Positions 44,710 to 55,092 of a DNA stretch of 64,000 nucleotides are shown here, piece by piece. The stretch is from Dehalococcoidia bacterium. GTDB taxonomy: Bacteria > Chloroflexota > Dehalococcoidia > Tepidiformales > Tepidiformaceae. The stretch lies in contig SKSF01000102.1 of assembly GCA_007118095.1 (NCBI GenBank), forward strand, positions 531 through 64,530. Direction: 5' to 3'. Every line of letters begins with the position of its first letter. Positions within the stretch are counted from its first letter, which is position 1. Below the pieces are notes generated by a model. The model saw nothing but the letters and a program-made list of their open reading frames with translations. It did not search any database and was not told the DNA's origin. Position numbers and translations under genes: made by a program.

Positions 44710-45648
44710 ATGGAAATTCTTGTCGCTGAGGACGACCCGGTTTCGGCGCTCGTGTTACGCAGGACCCTGGAAAAGCGTGGCCACCGGGTCGAGACCGTCA
44801 GCACTGGCCTTGAGGCGCTGGATGCATTCGAGCGCGGCTGTTACCGGGTGGTGATCTCGGACTGGATGATGCCGGGGATGGATGGCATCGAGCTGTGCAA
44901 CGCGATCCGGGGCATGGGGCTGGACTGGTACACGTACTTCATCCTGCTCACGGCGCGCACCGACCGCGAAGAACGGCTGACGGCTCTGGAATCGGGCATC
45001 GACGACTACCTGGAGAAGCCGCTGGACGTCGCGGAGCTCACATCGCGGTTGCGGGTGGCGGACCGGTTGCTTTCGTGGGAGCTGAAACTACGCGAGGCGA
45101 ACGCGGAGCTTCAGCAGAAGCATGCCGAGGTGGAATACCTGGCACGGCACGACAGCCTCACGGGTGCGCTGAACCGGGGCGCCTGGTTCCATGCCGCGAC
45201 CTCCATGCGGCCGGCCGCCATGGCAATCTTCGACATCGACCACTTCAAGCCGATCAACGACGAACTCGGGCACCCGGCGGGCGATGTCGTGCTGAAGGAG
45301 GTCGCGCGCCGGATCCAGGATGTGGCCGGGGCAAATGCGCCGCTCGGGCGGGTCGGCGGCGAGGAGTTTGGCATTCTGCTGGCCGACGGAGGCGAGGAGG
45401 CGATGCGGATTTGCAAACGGGCCGTCCGGGCTATTGCTGACGCGCCCTTTGAGGTCTCTGATACTGCCCACGTCTGGGTCACCGTGAGCGCAGGTGTTGC
45501 CGACCGCGTTTCCGGGGGTCTCACACGGGAAGATTCCGTCGCGGAGACGTATGAAGCCGCGGACCGCGCGCTCTACCGAGCGAAAGAAGCTGGCCGCAAC
45601 CGTGCCTGCCTTGCGACCGCCGGGGAGTTCCGGCGGTCGGCAGCCTAA
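44710..45648 (+). CDS. Response regulator with GGDEF output (diguanylate cyclase, REC-GGDEF)
   Basis: REC domain (ILVAEDD..., phospho-acceptor in VVISDWMMPGMDG, LTAR, K at EKPL). GGDEF domain with DSLTGALNR and active site GGEEFGILL. Confidence 0.9.
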   Translation: MEILVAEDDPVSALVLRRTLEKRGHRVETVSTGLEALDAFERGCYRVVISDWMMPGMDGIELCNAIRGMGLDWYTYFILLTARTDREERLTALESGIDDYLEKPLDVAELTSRLRVADRLLSWELKLREANAELQQKHAEVEYLARHDSLTGALNRGAWFHAATSMRPAAMAIFDIDHFKPINDELGHPAGDVVLKEVARRIQDVAGANAPLGRVGGEEFGILLADGGEEAMRICKRAVRAIADAPFEVSDTAHVWVTVSAGVADRVSGGLTREDSVAETYEAADRALYRAKEAGRNRACLATAGEFRRSAA

Positions 45649-46829
45649 CCGCTTACGAACAGTCCGCGCAGGTACGGATTGAGCATGACACCGCCGGGGT
45701 CGAGCCGGTCCCGGACGCGTTCGAACGTATCCCACTGCGGATAAAGGGAGCGGAGCTCATCACGGCCGAGCGAATTGACCTTGCCCCAGTGGGGGCGGCC
45801 ACCGTACTCGCGGAAGATCGGCTCGATATCGAAGAAGAAGTCCTCATAGGGGAGCCGCGCCGCCTGGTGGATGGAGATAGTCACGGAATCGCGGCCGCCG
45901 TGCGGGCTGAGATAGGCGTCATCAGGTGCAACGGTCCGGTATTCGACGGGCCAGCCGACATCGGGATGCTTGTCTCGCATGCGTTCGCGGACACGGGCAA
46001 AACACTCCGGGCCGTGCTCCGCGGGAATGGCATACTCCATCTCATGGAATCGGCGCTCGCGCACCGAGGGGATGATGTGGGGGCTCCAACCGATGCGTTC
46101 GCCCTCCCGGTCCGCTACAGCTTCCGGCCCGTCCTCGGTCGGGTTCAGCATCTTCATCTCGGCGACGTCCTCCGGCGGGTGCCAGAAGAACTCGAAATGC
46201 CGGTTAGAGGCGATGTGCTCCTCCAGCTTCGCCATGCAGGTGTCCATGGGCACGCGTTCGACCTTTTCGTGCAGCCGGTAGGCCGGAAGGACGCGGATGG
46301 TCGCCGCGGTGATGATGCCAAGGGCGCCGAGCGAAACGCGGATGGCTGGAAACGTCTCCGGGTCGCTCTCCGCGTCGAACTCGATGAGTTCGCCTGAACC
46401 GGTGACCATCCGCACATGCACCAGGGCGCTGGAGATGTTTCCGAGCGACCGCCCCGTGCCATGGGTCGCCGTACCGAGCGCGCCCGCAATCGCCTGGCGG
46501 TCGATGTCGCCCATGGTAATCATGCTGTAGCCGCGTTCGAGGAGCGGGTCGCCGATGGTCCAGATCTTGGTGCCGCCGCGGAAGGTGGCGGCAGGTATCG
46601 TTTCGTCGACGCCGAGCAGGCCATGCATGCGCGCCAGGGACACCATGATGCCGCCGTCGGTCGTGACAAGCGGCATCGACGAATGGCCGGTCCCCACCAC
46701 CCGCACTGTTTGCCCGCTGGCAGCGGCCAGCCGGACGAGGCCGAGCACCTCTGCTTCGTGGGCGGGCGCCGCGATCGAGCCCGGCTCGCAGGCGATTCCG
46801 CCGGACCAGTTCTTCCAGGATTCGGGCAT
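45645..46829 (-). CDS. FAD-linked oxidase of the D-arabinono-/L-gulono-1,4-lactone oxidase family
   Basis: NWSGG.., FAD-binding VVGTGHS, C-terminal GGRPHWGK motif. The ATG at 46829 is 6 nt after GGAGG. Confidence 0.85.
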   Translation of the reverse strand: MPESWKNWSGGIACEPGSIAAPAHEAEVLGLVRLAAASGQTVRVVGTGHSSMPLVTTDGGIMVSLARMHGLLGVDETIPAATFRGGTKIWTIGDPLLERGYSMITMGDIDRQAIAGALGTATHGTGRSLGNISSALVHVRMVTGSGELIEFDAESDPETFPAIRVSLGALGIITAATIRVLPAYRLHEKVERVPMDTCMAKLEEHIASNRHFEFFWHPPEDVAEMKMLNPTEDGPEAVADREGERIGWSPHIIPSVRERRFHEMEYAIPAEHGPECFARVRERMRDKHPDVGWPVEYRTVAPDDAYLSPHGGRDSVTISIHQAARLPYEDFFFDIEPIFREYGGRPHWGKVNSLGRDELRSLYPQWDTFERVRDRLDPGGVMLNPYLRGLFVSG

Positions 46830-46927
46830 GGGCAACCTCCGCCAGGCAGCTCCAGGGGATTTCACCGCCGGGCCGCAGGACGCGGCCTATCGTACGCTGC
46901 CACGGCAAGCGATGCCGACGGCACCCA

Positions 46928-47782
46928 TCAGCCTTCTTCGAGGCGCTCGAGAAACCGCACAAGGTGGGACGCGAGCGCGTCCGGGGCGCTGAGCGGGATG
47001 TTGTGACCGACGCCGGGGATTTCGACGAACCCAGGACGCGAGTTGCGGCGCTGCATCGCTTCGTACACGTGCGGCCGGAGCTCCCGGGAGCGCTCGCCGC
47101 GCATGAGGAGCGCGGGAGGTTCGATACGCTCCCACTCGCGCCAGTAGTTGCGTGAGCGCTGGGAGCGCACGGCGGCGCAGAGCGCGTCGACATCTGCCCG
47201 CCAAATGAGCGCGCCATCCGGCGCCGGGCCAAGGCGCGCGAGGAATACGCGGCGGGCATCCGGGCTGAGCTCGCGGCCACGCGACGCGTAGGCAATGGCT
47301 TCTTGCTCGCCCTGGAAGGCGCGTGGCATCGACATGAAGCCATCGACGGCGTCTTCCCAGTTCGCCTTCCACGCCTCTGGCCCGATATCCACCATCACAA
47401 CGCCGGCGAGGGCGCCCGGGTTCCGGGCCGCCAGAACCATGGCGATGCGCGCGCCCATCGAATGCCCGGCGAGGACCGGGCGGCTCAGCTCGAGCACATC
47501 GACGAAGGCAAGGGTGTCGTCCACATAGGCATCGATGTCGTAGCGGCGCCCGGCGGGATGGCTCTGGCCGTGTGCCCGCAGGTCAGGTGCGATGATGCGA
47601 CGGCCGGTATCGCCGAGTTCGCGTATGAGTGGCTCCCATGCTTCTGCGACCATCGCGAGGCCATGCAGGAGCAGCAGCGGTGGGCCGCTGCCTGGCCACT
47701 CGAGGTACCGGAATCTCCCGGCGGGCAGGTCGACGAAGCGTTCTTCGGCCTGTGGGCCCGGTGCCGCGTGCGTGGCGGTCAC
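46928..47782 (-). CDS. Alpha/beta hydrolase
   Basis: LLLLHGLA oxyanion region, nucleophile elbow GHSMGA, C-terminal GHNIP His. Confidence 0.85.
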   Translation of the reverse strand: MTATHAAPGPQAEERFVDLPAGRFRYLEWPGSGPPLLLLHGLAMVAEAWEPLIRELGDTGRRIIAPDLRAHGQSHPAGRRYDIDAYVDDTLAFVDVLELSRPVLAGHSMGARIAMVLAARNPGALAGVVMVDIGPEAWKANWEDAVDGFMSMPRAFQGEQEAIAYASRGRELSPDARRVFLARLGPAPDGALIWRADVDALCAAVRSQRSRNYWREWERIEPPALLMRGERSRELRPHVYEAMQRRNSRPGFVEIPGVGHNIPLSAPDALASHLVRFLERLEEG

Positions 47783-47797
47783 AGCAGGGTCTGGCGC

Positions 47798-48151
47798 CTA
47801 GTCGTCGCCGGTCGCGTAACCGGCTTCGACCCATGCGACGGTGCCGCCTTCGACGTTGTAGAGGCCGCGGTCACTGAGGCCAGCGGCTGTCGCAAACTCG
47901 GCGGCGAGTGCACTGCGCTGGCCGGACTTGCAGATGAAGAGGACTTCCTTGTCGCCGGCGAAGTCGCGGATCTGCTGGACTTCGTTCATGACGCTGTTCA
48001 CGGGGACGAGGCGGACGCCGGATGCGTGGACTTCGGCGTATTCGTCCGGCTCGCGCACGTCCACCATCACGGCCTCGCCGGCTTCGAGCTTCTTCTTTGC
48101 TTCTTCGACGGATATGCGGGTGAACGGTTCCTGTTCGTTTTTCGTTGCCAT
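47798..48151 (-). CDS. Rhodanese-domain sulfurtransferase
   Basis: Start at the ATG at 48151 (MATKNEQ). VDVREPDEY, active-site loop CKSGQRS. Confidence 0.85.
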   Translation of the reverse strand: MATKNEQEPFTRISVEEAKKKLEAGEAVMVDVREPDEYAEVHASGVRLVPVNSVMNEVQQIRDFAGDKEVLFICKSGQRSALAAEFATAAGLSDRGLYNVEGGTVAWVEAGYATGDD

Positions 48152-48272
48152 CTTGTCCTGGTGCACCTGGGTGGGATTTTCTGCGAGCGTAGCACAGGAA
48201 CCGCAGGAGCCGGCAGGCGTGCAATACACGCTATGACACCGCTTGTGACGCCGCAGCGTAGAATCGCCCATT

Positions 48273-49121
48273 ATGCATGATCCATTGCGGCCGACGGCCG
48301 ACGAAGCAACAGCGGCGTGGGCCGACCGGGTACGTGCGAATGCCGACCAGGTGGCCCGCTTTCGAGAGGTCCCGGACGGCCAGGACTTCTATGGGCCGGT
48401 GGCCGGCGCGTTCCGTGACGACCCCCGGCGGACAGGCGACGGCGTGTTGGATACCGTCCTGTCGCTGGTGGAGCCCGGGGAGACATGGCTCGACATTGGC
48501 GCCGGGGGTGGACGGTATACATTGCCCATCGCGCTGAAGGCCGGAGAAGTGACCGCCGTCGACCCCTCCAGCGGGATGCTGGACGTGATGCGCGGGGGGA
48601 TGGCGGAGCACGGCATCGAGAACGTCCGCATCATCAACGACCGCTGGCCGATGGCGGAGCCACCGACTGCCGACGTCGCCTTTATCGCGAACGTGGGCAT
48701 GGATATCGAAGCGTTCGGCGCGTTTCTCGACGCCATGGAGGCGTCGGCACGGCGGCTGTGCGTCTGCGTGATGGGTTATCAGCAAGCCACGGTGCTGTTC
48801 GACCGGTTGTGGCCTGAAGTCCACGGAGAGGCGCGGGCGACGCTGCCAGCGCTGCCGGACTTCCTGGTTTTGCTGCTGGCCCGGGGCCGGGTATTCGAGG
48901 TGCGTTTAAGCACCCGCCCGGCGATGTCTTACGAGTCGAAGGATGACCTGCGAACGTTTCTGCGGCGGCAGACGTGGGTGAATCCCGGCGGCGAGAAGGA
49001 TCAAAAGCTCGAACGGCTCATCGACGAGGTGGTGACCGAACGGGACGGGCGTTTCGCGCTCTCGTGGGAGCCCGTCACCGTCGGGATCGTGAGCTGGGAG
49101 CCGCGCCCGCCGTCGCGGTAG
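48273..49121 (+). CDS. Class I SAM-dependent methyltransferase
   Basis: WLDIGAGGGRYTLPIA (motif I), VTAVDPSSGML (motif II). Confidence 0.8.
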   Translation: MHDPLRPTADEATAAWADRVRANADQVARFREVPDGQDFYGPVAGAFRDDPRRTGDGVLDTVLSLVEPGETWLDIGAGGGRYTLPIALKAGEVTAVDPSSGMLDVMRGGMAEHGIENVRIINDRWPMAEPPTADVAFIANVGMDIEAFGAFLDAMEASARRLCVCVMGYQQATVLFDRLWPEVHGEARATLPALPDFLVLLLARGRVFEVRLSTRPAMSYESKDDLRTFLRRQTWVNPGGEKDQKLERLIDEVVTERDGRFALSWEPVTVGIVSWEPRPPSR

Positions 49122-49143
49122 GTTTCCCGCAAGGACACTTCGC

Positions 49144-49740
49144 TCAGGCGTCGAGTTGGCGTGCTTTCACCGCGAGCTGATCCCATGTCGCTGCGTTGAC
49201 CAGGTGCAGGGCCGGGGCAAACAGGTCGTCCTCTTCGTCACCGAAATGGCCCTGGAGCATCCAGTCGAGTCGTTTCACGCGGTCGAGGATATCCTCGGCC
49301 TGGTTCGCTTCGAGACGGGCTGCGCCCGCGGTGGCGGCGATCCCATCGCGCACTGCTTCCAACGATGCGTCGACTTCGACATGCGCTGCATCAAGCCTGT
49401 GCAACGCTTCTTCCACGGCATCCTGGTACCGGCGCACCTCGTCATGCTGCTCAACCATTTCGCGGACGACCTGGTCGATTTCACCGGTGAAGCCGCGCAA
49501 AGCGGGGAAGAGGACGTCCTCCTCCTTCGCGATGTGAATCACCAGGTCTTCCTCGACAAAGCTGTCGAGCTCCCACAACGTGCGCAAGACGCGCTCCTGC
49601 GTGTCGCTGTCGGCGGGATCCGCGATGGCCTGCTCCAGGACTTCGCGGGTGCGTGACATGAGCTCATAGGTCTCCGCGTGCTCGCGCATGAGGCTGACGA
49701 GGATTTCAACGTCCGTTTCCAGGCTTCCAAAGGCAACCAT
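49144..49740 (-). CDS. Hemerythrin (HHE cation-binding) domain protein
   Basis: Two-lobed helical layout with H/E ligand motifs (MREHAE, HIAKEEDVLFPAL, VEQHDEV, GHFGDEEDDLF). Confidence 0.75.
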   Translation of the reverse strand: MVAFGSLETDVEILVSLMREHAETYELMSRTREVLEQAIADPADSDTQERVLRTLWELDSFVEEDLVIHIAKEEDVLFPALRGFTGEIDQVVREMVEQHDEVRRYQDAVEEALHRLDAAHVEVDASLEAVRDGIAATAGAARLEANQAEDILDRVKRLDWMLQGHFGDEEDDLFAPALHLVNAATWDQLAVKARQLDA

Positions 49741-49818
49741 GCGCCCAGCCTACGGGCGCCCCATAGCGCCCTGATGTGATAAAAGTTTCGTCACCCGGGG
49801 CGCTGTGGGTCTGAGCGG

Positions 49819-52287
49819 CTACCCGTTGCGGACCAGGTGCACCGGCTCTTCGCCGTCGCGCTGCCACTTCTTCGCAGGGCTCAGGACGATGGGTTCGAGC
49901 TCGCCGGCGGCGAAGGAGGTTTCGCGCCGCTCCTCGGGTGCGTCTTCGTACGCGGTGAGGCGCTGGCGCGGCGTGCGGCCGATCTCACGGATGATGCGCT
50001 CCATCTCCTGGGGCGGCAGCTCCTGCCCGTGTTGCGTCCCGGCAGCGCGCGTGATGCTTTCGTTCATGAGCGTGCCACCAAGGTCGTTGCACCCGGCCTG
50101 GAGGCAGGCCTTGACCCCGGCTTCGCCCATCTTCACCCACGACACCTGGATATTCGTGATCTGCGGGTGAAGCACCAGACGCGCGACAGCGTGCATGAGC
50201 ACGGCCTCACGGAATGTGGGGCCACGGCGGGCGCGGCCCTTGAGATAGATGGGCGCTTCCATATGGACGAACGGCAGCGGCACGAATTCGGTGAAGCCGC
50301 CCGTGCGTTCCTGGAGGCCACGCAGAGCGAGCAGATGCCGCGCCCAATTCACCGGGCCATCGACATGGCCGTACATGATGGTCGTGGTGGTCTGGAAGCC
50401 GACCGAGTGCGCGGCCTCCATCACTTCGAGCCACTGGGCCGTGTTGATCTTGTCCGGGCAAATCACGGCACGGACTTCGTCGTCGAGTACCTCGGCAGCG
50501 GTACCGGGGAGGGTCCCCAGCCCGGCATCGCGCAATTCGCGCAGATAGTCACGCACGCTCATACCGAGTGTCTCGGCGCCCTGCCACACCTCTAGCGGCG
50601 AGAACGCGTGGACGTGCATGGAAGGCAGCGCCTCCTTCACGGCGGAGACGATTTCCAGGTACTTGTTGCCCGTGTATTCCGGATGAATGCCGCCCTGCAT
50701 GCAGACTTCGGTGCCGCCGCGCTCCCAGGCTTCGCGGGCGCGCCGGAGGATCTCTTCGGTTTCGAGGTCGTAGGGCGTGCCGCGCAGGTTTTCGCTGAGC
50801 TTGCCCTTGCTGAAGGCGCAGAACTGGCACTTGAAGTAGCAAACGTTCGTGTAGTTGATGTTGCGGTTGACGACGTAGCTCACGGTGTCGCCGCAGACCT
50901 CCTGGCGGAGGGCGTCCGCGGCATCGCAAATGTGTTCGAAGTCGGCGCCACGGGCACGGAAGAGCGTTGCGATCTCGGACTCGCCGAGGGACTCGCCACT
51001 GCGAGCGCGGTCGACAATTGTGCGGACCTCCGGGCTCACCGGTTCCGATGCAGCGCGCGGCGCACGGGTGGGGCCGAAGTCGTATCCAGCAGGGACGTCG
51101 ACCACCAGGCCCGGCGACCAGTCTTCCATGCGCGCGAGGCCGTCGGCATCGATGCATTCCAGCACATCCGGCGCGAGTTTCGGGTCTTGCCAGCGGGCGC
51201 TATCGAGCGCGTAGGAGGGGTAGACCGCCAGGCGCTCTGCCAGGTGCTTGCCCGCGTCGGCAGTGCGTTCGCGGAGCTCTTCCAGGTGGGGCCAGGGGGC
51301 TTCCGGGTTCACGTGGTCGGGCGTGACAGGAGACACACCACCCCAGTCGTTGAGCCCGGCGCCCACGATGCGCTGATAGACACCGGGGCTGAGGTTGGGC
51401 GGCGCCTGGATGTTCATCTCGCCGCCGAAGAGCAGCCGGGCGGTGGCGATGGTCCAGAGGAGGTCGTCGAGATCCGGGTCGGGCCAGTTCGCCATCTTCG
51501 TGCCGGGCTTGGCGCGAAAGTTCTGGACGATGATCTCCTGGATGTGACCGTATTGCTCGTGGAGATCGCGGAGCGCGAGCAACGAATCGATGCGCTCGGC
51601 ACGGTTCTCACCGATGCCGATGAGGATGCCGGAGGTGAACGGCACCTGGAGTTCGCCGGCGTGGCGCATGGTTTCGAGCCGGACTTCGGGCTTCTTATCG
51701 GGGGACCCGTGGTGCGCCATCCCCTTGTCGAGGAGCCGCTCGGAGATGTTCTCGAGCATGATCCCCTGGGACACGGAGACCTCGCGCAGGCCAGCTATCT
51801 CGTCCCGGGTCATCACGCCGGGGTTGGCATGGGGCAGGAGGCCGGTTTCTTCGTGGACGAGGCGCGACATGGCGACCAGGTATTCGATGGTGGTCGAATA
51901 GCCGAGCGCGTCAAGCTCCTCACGGGCCACTTTGTACCGCTGCTCGGGCTTGTCGCCGAGTGTGAAGAGCGCTTCGCGGCATCCCTGTGCCGCGCCCTGC
52001 CGGGCGATTTCGAGCACTTCGTCCGGCGTGAGGTAGGCTCGTTCGCCGGGTTTCGGGGGCTGGGCGAAGGTGCAGTAGTGGCACACGTCGCGGCAGAGGT
52101 GCGTCAGCGGGATGAAGACCTTGCGCGAATAGGTGATGACCTTCCCGTGGGCTTCGTCCCGAAGTGGCGCGGCGGCATGCATGAGCCCGTCGAGGTCGTG
52201 ATGGTCGGCAAGCGCATGTGCTTCGTCCGCAGAGAGCCGGGCGCCACGGCGGGCGCGTTCGATGATGTTGTCAGTTGCTGGAGCCAT
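49819..52287 (-). CDS. fbiC: Bifunctional FO synthase (7,8-didemethyl-8-hydroxy-5-deazariboflavin synthase), CofG+CofH fusion
   Basis: 822 aa with two radical-SAM CxxxCxxC sites (CRDVCHYCTF and CYFKCQFCAF). Typical FbiC length and order. Confidence 0.93.
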   Translation of the reverse strand: MAPATDNIIERARRGARLSADEAHALADHHDLDGLMHAAAPLRDEAHGKVITYSRKVFIPLTHLCRDVCHYCTFAQPPKPGERAYLTPDEVLEIARQGAAQGCREALFTLGDKPEQRYKVAREELDALGYSTTIEYLVAMSRLVHEETGLLPHANPGVMTRDEIAGLREVSVSQGIMLENISERLLDKGMAHHGSPDKKPEVRLETMRHAGELQVPFTSGILIGIGENRAERIDSLLALRDLHEQYGHIQEIIVQNFRAKPGTKMANWPDPDLDDLLWTIATARLLFGGEMNIQAPPNLSPGVYQRIVGAGLNDWGGVSPVTPDHVNPEAPWPHLEELRERTADAGKHLAERLAVYPSYALDSARWQDPKLAPDVLECIDADGLARMEDWSPGLVVDVPAGYDFGPTRAPRAASEPVSPEVRTIVDRARSGESLGESEIATLFRARGADFEHICDAADALRQEVCGDTVSYVVNRNINYTNVCYFKCQFCAFSKGKLSENLRGTPYDLETEEILRRAREAWERGGTEVCMQGGIHPEYTGNKYLEIVSAVKEALPSMHVHAFSPLEVWQGAETLGMSVRDYLRELRDAGLGTLPGTAAEVLDDEVRAVICPDKINTAQWLEVMEAAHSVGFQTTTTIMYGHVDGPVNWARHLLALRGLQERTGGFTEFVPLPFVHMEAPIYLKGRARRGPTFREAVLMHAVARLVLHPQITNIQVSWVKMGEAGVKACLQAGCNDLGGTLMNESITRAAGTQHGQELPPQEMERIIREIGRTPRQRLTAYEDAPEERRETSFAAGELEPIVLSPAKKWQRDGEEPVHLVRNG

Positions 52288-52342
52288 GGTTTTGCCCCCG
52301 TGATCGGCCAGGTCCGATGGTGTATGTTGCTTTTATAAGCCA

Positions 52343-52355
52343 AGTGACTTTCACT
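52343..52355. promoter_or_regulatory. Inverted repeat AGTGA-CTT-TCACT in the divergent fbiC / hxlR control region (candidate HxlR operator)
   Basis: Read directly. It lies in the only AT-rich stretch of the 95-nt intergenic region, next to a TATAAG hexamer (52334..52339). Confidence 0.3.
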
Positions 52356-52382
52356 GTGCAACGAAGGGGTGCGTTCGACGTC

Positions 52383-52850
52383 ATGGCAGCAACAACACGA
52401 GCTTCGCGCACAGCGCTTGACCGGCAGGTCCGGTGCCCGGTGGCGACAGCCCTCGACGTGGTGGGCGACCGGTGGACCTTGCTTATCGTCCGCGATTTGC
52501 TGCGAGGCATGACACGGTTCAGCCAGCTCCGGCAGTCGGTCGAAGGCGTGACGACAAGCCTGCTGTCGGACCGCCTGAAGCTGTTGGAGCGGGAAGGCAT
52601 CATCGAACGGCGCTTCTACAGTGACCATCCGCCGCGAGCCGAATACATCCTGACGCCGAAAGGCCACGGGCTGGGCGTCATTGTGGGCGCACTATCGACC
52701 TGGGGACAGCAGCACGCGGAACATGACCTGTCGCTCATCGACAAGGAGTGCGGTCACCCGGTGCGCGTGACCTATGAGTGCGATACATGCGAGCGGCCAG
52801 TGCCACGGTCGCGCATTCGCATCGTCGAATCGGCGGACCCGTCCGGCTGA
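52383..52850 (+). CDS. HxlR-family (winged-helix) transcriptional regulator
   Basis: CPVATALDVVGDRWTLLIVRDLLRGMTRFSQL..LLSDRLKLLEREGIIERR is the classic HxlR signature. A C-terminal CGH..C..C cluster is also present. The start at 52383 is chosen, not proven. Confidence 0.88.
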   Translation: MAATTRASRTALDRQVRCPVATALDVVGDRWTLLIVRDLLRGMTRFSQLRQSVEGVTTSLLSDRLKLLEREGIIERRFYSDHPPRAEYILTPKGHGLGVIVGALSTWGQQHAEHDLSLIDKECGHPVRVTYECDTCERPVPRSRIRIVESADPSG

Positions 52851-52931
52851 TTGTGCGGGTGGTTTGCGGGGCACGAAGTGGCACGGCTATCATGAAGTTT
52901 CGCGCAGCCAGCGCCAAGACCGGAGATTCGC

Positions 52932-53549
52932 TTGTACGTCATCGGCCTCACGGGCGGCATTGCCAGCGGCAAGTCAACCGTCACGCAGTTTTTCCGCGAC
53001 CACGACGTCCCGGTGATCGATGCAGATTTGCTCGGTCACCGCACATACGACCCCGGTACCGAAACGTTTGACCAGGTGGTCGCCGCGTTTGGCGAGGACC
53101 TCGTGGCAAGCGACGGCACCATCGACCGGAAGGTCCTGGGCAGCAAGGTATTCGGGAAGCCGGAAGAGATGGAACGGCTCACGGGTATCGTTTGGCCGGG
53201 CATCCGCAAACTGGCGACAGAGAAGATTGCCGAGTTCGAAGCTGCCGGGAATACCCTGGTCGTCCTCGAGGCGGCGGTGCTGTTCGAGGCAGGCTGGGAA
53301 GACCTGACGGACGAGATCTGGGTGGTGACGGTGGAACCGGAACAGGCAATCGCCCGGCTGGCCGAGCGCAACGGGCTGGACGAAGAAGCCGCGCGGGCAC
53401 GCATCGATTCGCAGCTCAGCAATGAGGAGCGCACGTCCCGAGCGGACGTCATCATCGAAAACAACGGGACGCTGGACGAGCTACAGGCAACCATCCAGCG
53501 TGAATGGGACGCACTGCAAGCACGGCACAAGGCCGGGACGGGGAGGTAG
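52932..53549 (+). CDS. coaE: Dephospho-CoA kinase
   Basis: IGLTGGIASGKSTV P-loop and the rest typical of CoaE. TTG start 5 nt after GGAGA. Confidence 0.92.
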   Translation: MYVIGLTGGIASGKSTVTQFFRDHDVPVIDADLLGHRTYDPGTETFDQVVAAFGEDLVASDGTIDRKVLGSKVFGKPEEMERLTGIVWPGIRKLATEKIAEFEAAGNTLVVLEAAVLFEAGWEDLTDEIWVVTVEPEQAIARLAERNGLDEEAARARIDSQLSNEERTSRADVIIENNGTLDELQATIQREWDALQARHKAGTGR

Positions 53550-53555
53550 TCCGCT

Positions 53556-54425
53556 TTGTCAGAGACGTCAACGCGACAAGAAGCCACGATCTGGCAGGCC
53601 GAGGAATATTCGGTCACGGAGGAGCCCTATTACCTCCCGATCGGCGACGAGATTCCCCTCTTCGAGGCGGCCTATGAGCAACGCATCCCGGTGCTCCTGA
53701 AAGGGCCGACGGGGTGCGGGAAGACCCGCTTCGTCGAGTACATGGCGCACCGGCTGGGCAAGCCGATGAACGGCGCGGGCGACAACGCACCGCGCCCGCT
53801 GATTACGGTGGCCTGCCACGAGGACCTGACGGCCAGCGACCTGGTCGGCCGCTACTTGCTAGATGCCGAGGGCACGCGCTGGATCGACGGCCCGCTCACG
53901 CGCTCGGTGAAGGTGGGCGCGATCTGCTACCTGGACGAGGTGGTGGAAGCGCGGAAGGACACCACGGTGCTCATCCACCCGCTGACGGACTACCGGCGCT
54001 TGCTGCCTGTTGAGAAACAGGGGCAGGTAGTGGAGGCCGCCGACGGGTTCCTGCTGGTGATTTCGTATAACCCGGGCTACCAGAGCGCGCTGAAGGACCT
54101 GAAACATTCGACGCGGCAGCGGTTCATCTCAATCGAGTTCGACTACCCGCCGCGCGAGCACGAGATGGAGATTATCCAGCACGAGGCCGCTATCGACGCC
54201 GGGCTCGCTGGCGACCTCGCGAAGCTGGGCGAGAAGGTGCGAAACCTCCGGGAGCACGGCCTCGGCGAGGGCGTGAGTACGCGCCTGCTGATCTATGCGG
54301 GCAAGTTGATGGCGAAGGGCATCTCGCCGCGCCGCGCATGCCAGGTGGCTGTGACCTGGTCGCTCACGGACGACCACGAGGTACAGCGAAGCATCGAGGA
54401 GGTCGTAACCTCGATCTTCGAGTAA
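53556..54425 (+). CDS. CbbQ/NirQ/NorQ/GvpN-type (AAA_5, MoxR-class) AAA+ ATPase
   Basis: Walker [12 protein letters not shown], Walker B AICYLDEV, sensor region [24 protein letters not shown]. 289 aa, the typical size of the Q-type activases. Confidence 0.88.
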   Translation: MSETSTRQEATIWQAEEYSVTEEPYYLPIGDEIPLFEAAYEQRIPVLLKGPTGCGKTRFVEYMAHRLGKPMNGAGDNAPRPLITVACHEDLTASDLVGRYLLDAEGTRWIDGPLTRSVKVGAICYLDEVVEARKDTTVLIHPLTDYRRLLPVEKQGQVVEAADGFLLVISYNPGYQSALKDLKHSTRQRFISIEFDYPPREHEMEIIQHEAAIDAGLAGDLAKLGEKVRNLREHGLGEGVSTRLLIYAGKLMAKGISPRRACQVAVTWSLTDDHEVQRSIEEVVTSIFE

Positions 54426-54428
54426 ACG

Positions 54429-55046
54429 ATGCGCGCAGGAATCGTCTCGGACATCCACTGCAACATCGGCGGACTGGAAGGTGCGCTCGAAGTCATGGGC
54501 GACATCGACGCCCTCTTCTGTGCGGGCGATTCGGTGTTCCAGTTCCGCTGGTCGAACGAGGTGATCGAGCGGCTGCGAGACCTCGGCGCCTATGTGATCC
54601 TCGGGAACCACGAAGAGATCCTGCTGGGCCCGGACGGCAAGCGGGCGCTTTCGTCGCCCAAGGTACGGCAGGACCTGGTGGAGTGGCTGCGAGAGCAGCC
54701 CTACAGCATGGACGTCGAGTTCGACGGCAAGCTGGTCCACATGACGCATTCGTCACCATGGGAGCCGTGGCGCGACTATCACTACCCGCACGAGGCTATC
54801 TGGCAACGGGCGGCCGAACTCGAATGCGATACGCTGATCGTGGGCCACACGCATTTCCAGATGGCGGACCGATTCGGCTCGACACTGGTCATCAATCCTG
54901 GTTCGGCGGGGGACCCGCGGGACCACCGGAACGAGTTCGCGCTTTCGTGCGCGGTGTGGGACACGACGGACGATTCCGTGACGTTCTACGATTACCCGGA
55001 TCCGACCCGGAACTTCCGGAGCCATTCCGGGCAGCTCACAGGCTGA
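54429..55046 (+). CDS. Calcineurin-like metallophosphoesterase (YfcE / MJ0936-type)
   Basis: Motifs in order: SDIHCN (DxH), CAGD (GD), LGNHEE (GNHE), MTH, VGHTH (GHxH), INPGS. Confidence 0.88.
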   Translation: MRAGIVSDIHCNIGGLEGALEVMGDIDALFCAGDSVFQFRWSNEVIERLRDLGAYVILGNHEEILLGPDGKRALSSPKVRQDLVEWLREQPYSMDVEFDGKLVHMTHSSPWEPWRDYHYPHEAIWQRAAELECDTLIVGHTHFQMADRFGSTLVINPGSAGDPRDHRNEFALSCAVWDTTDDSVTFYDYPDPTRNFRSHSGQLTG

Positions 55047-55092
55047 GATATGTGCGGGACAGCCGGGACTCCCGGCCAGGAAGCGAGGGCGC

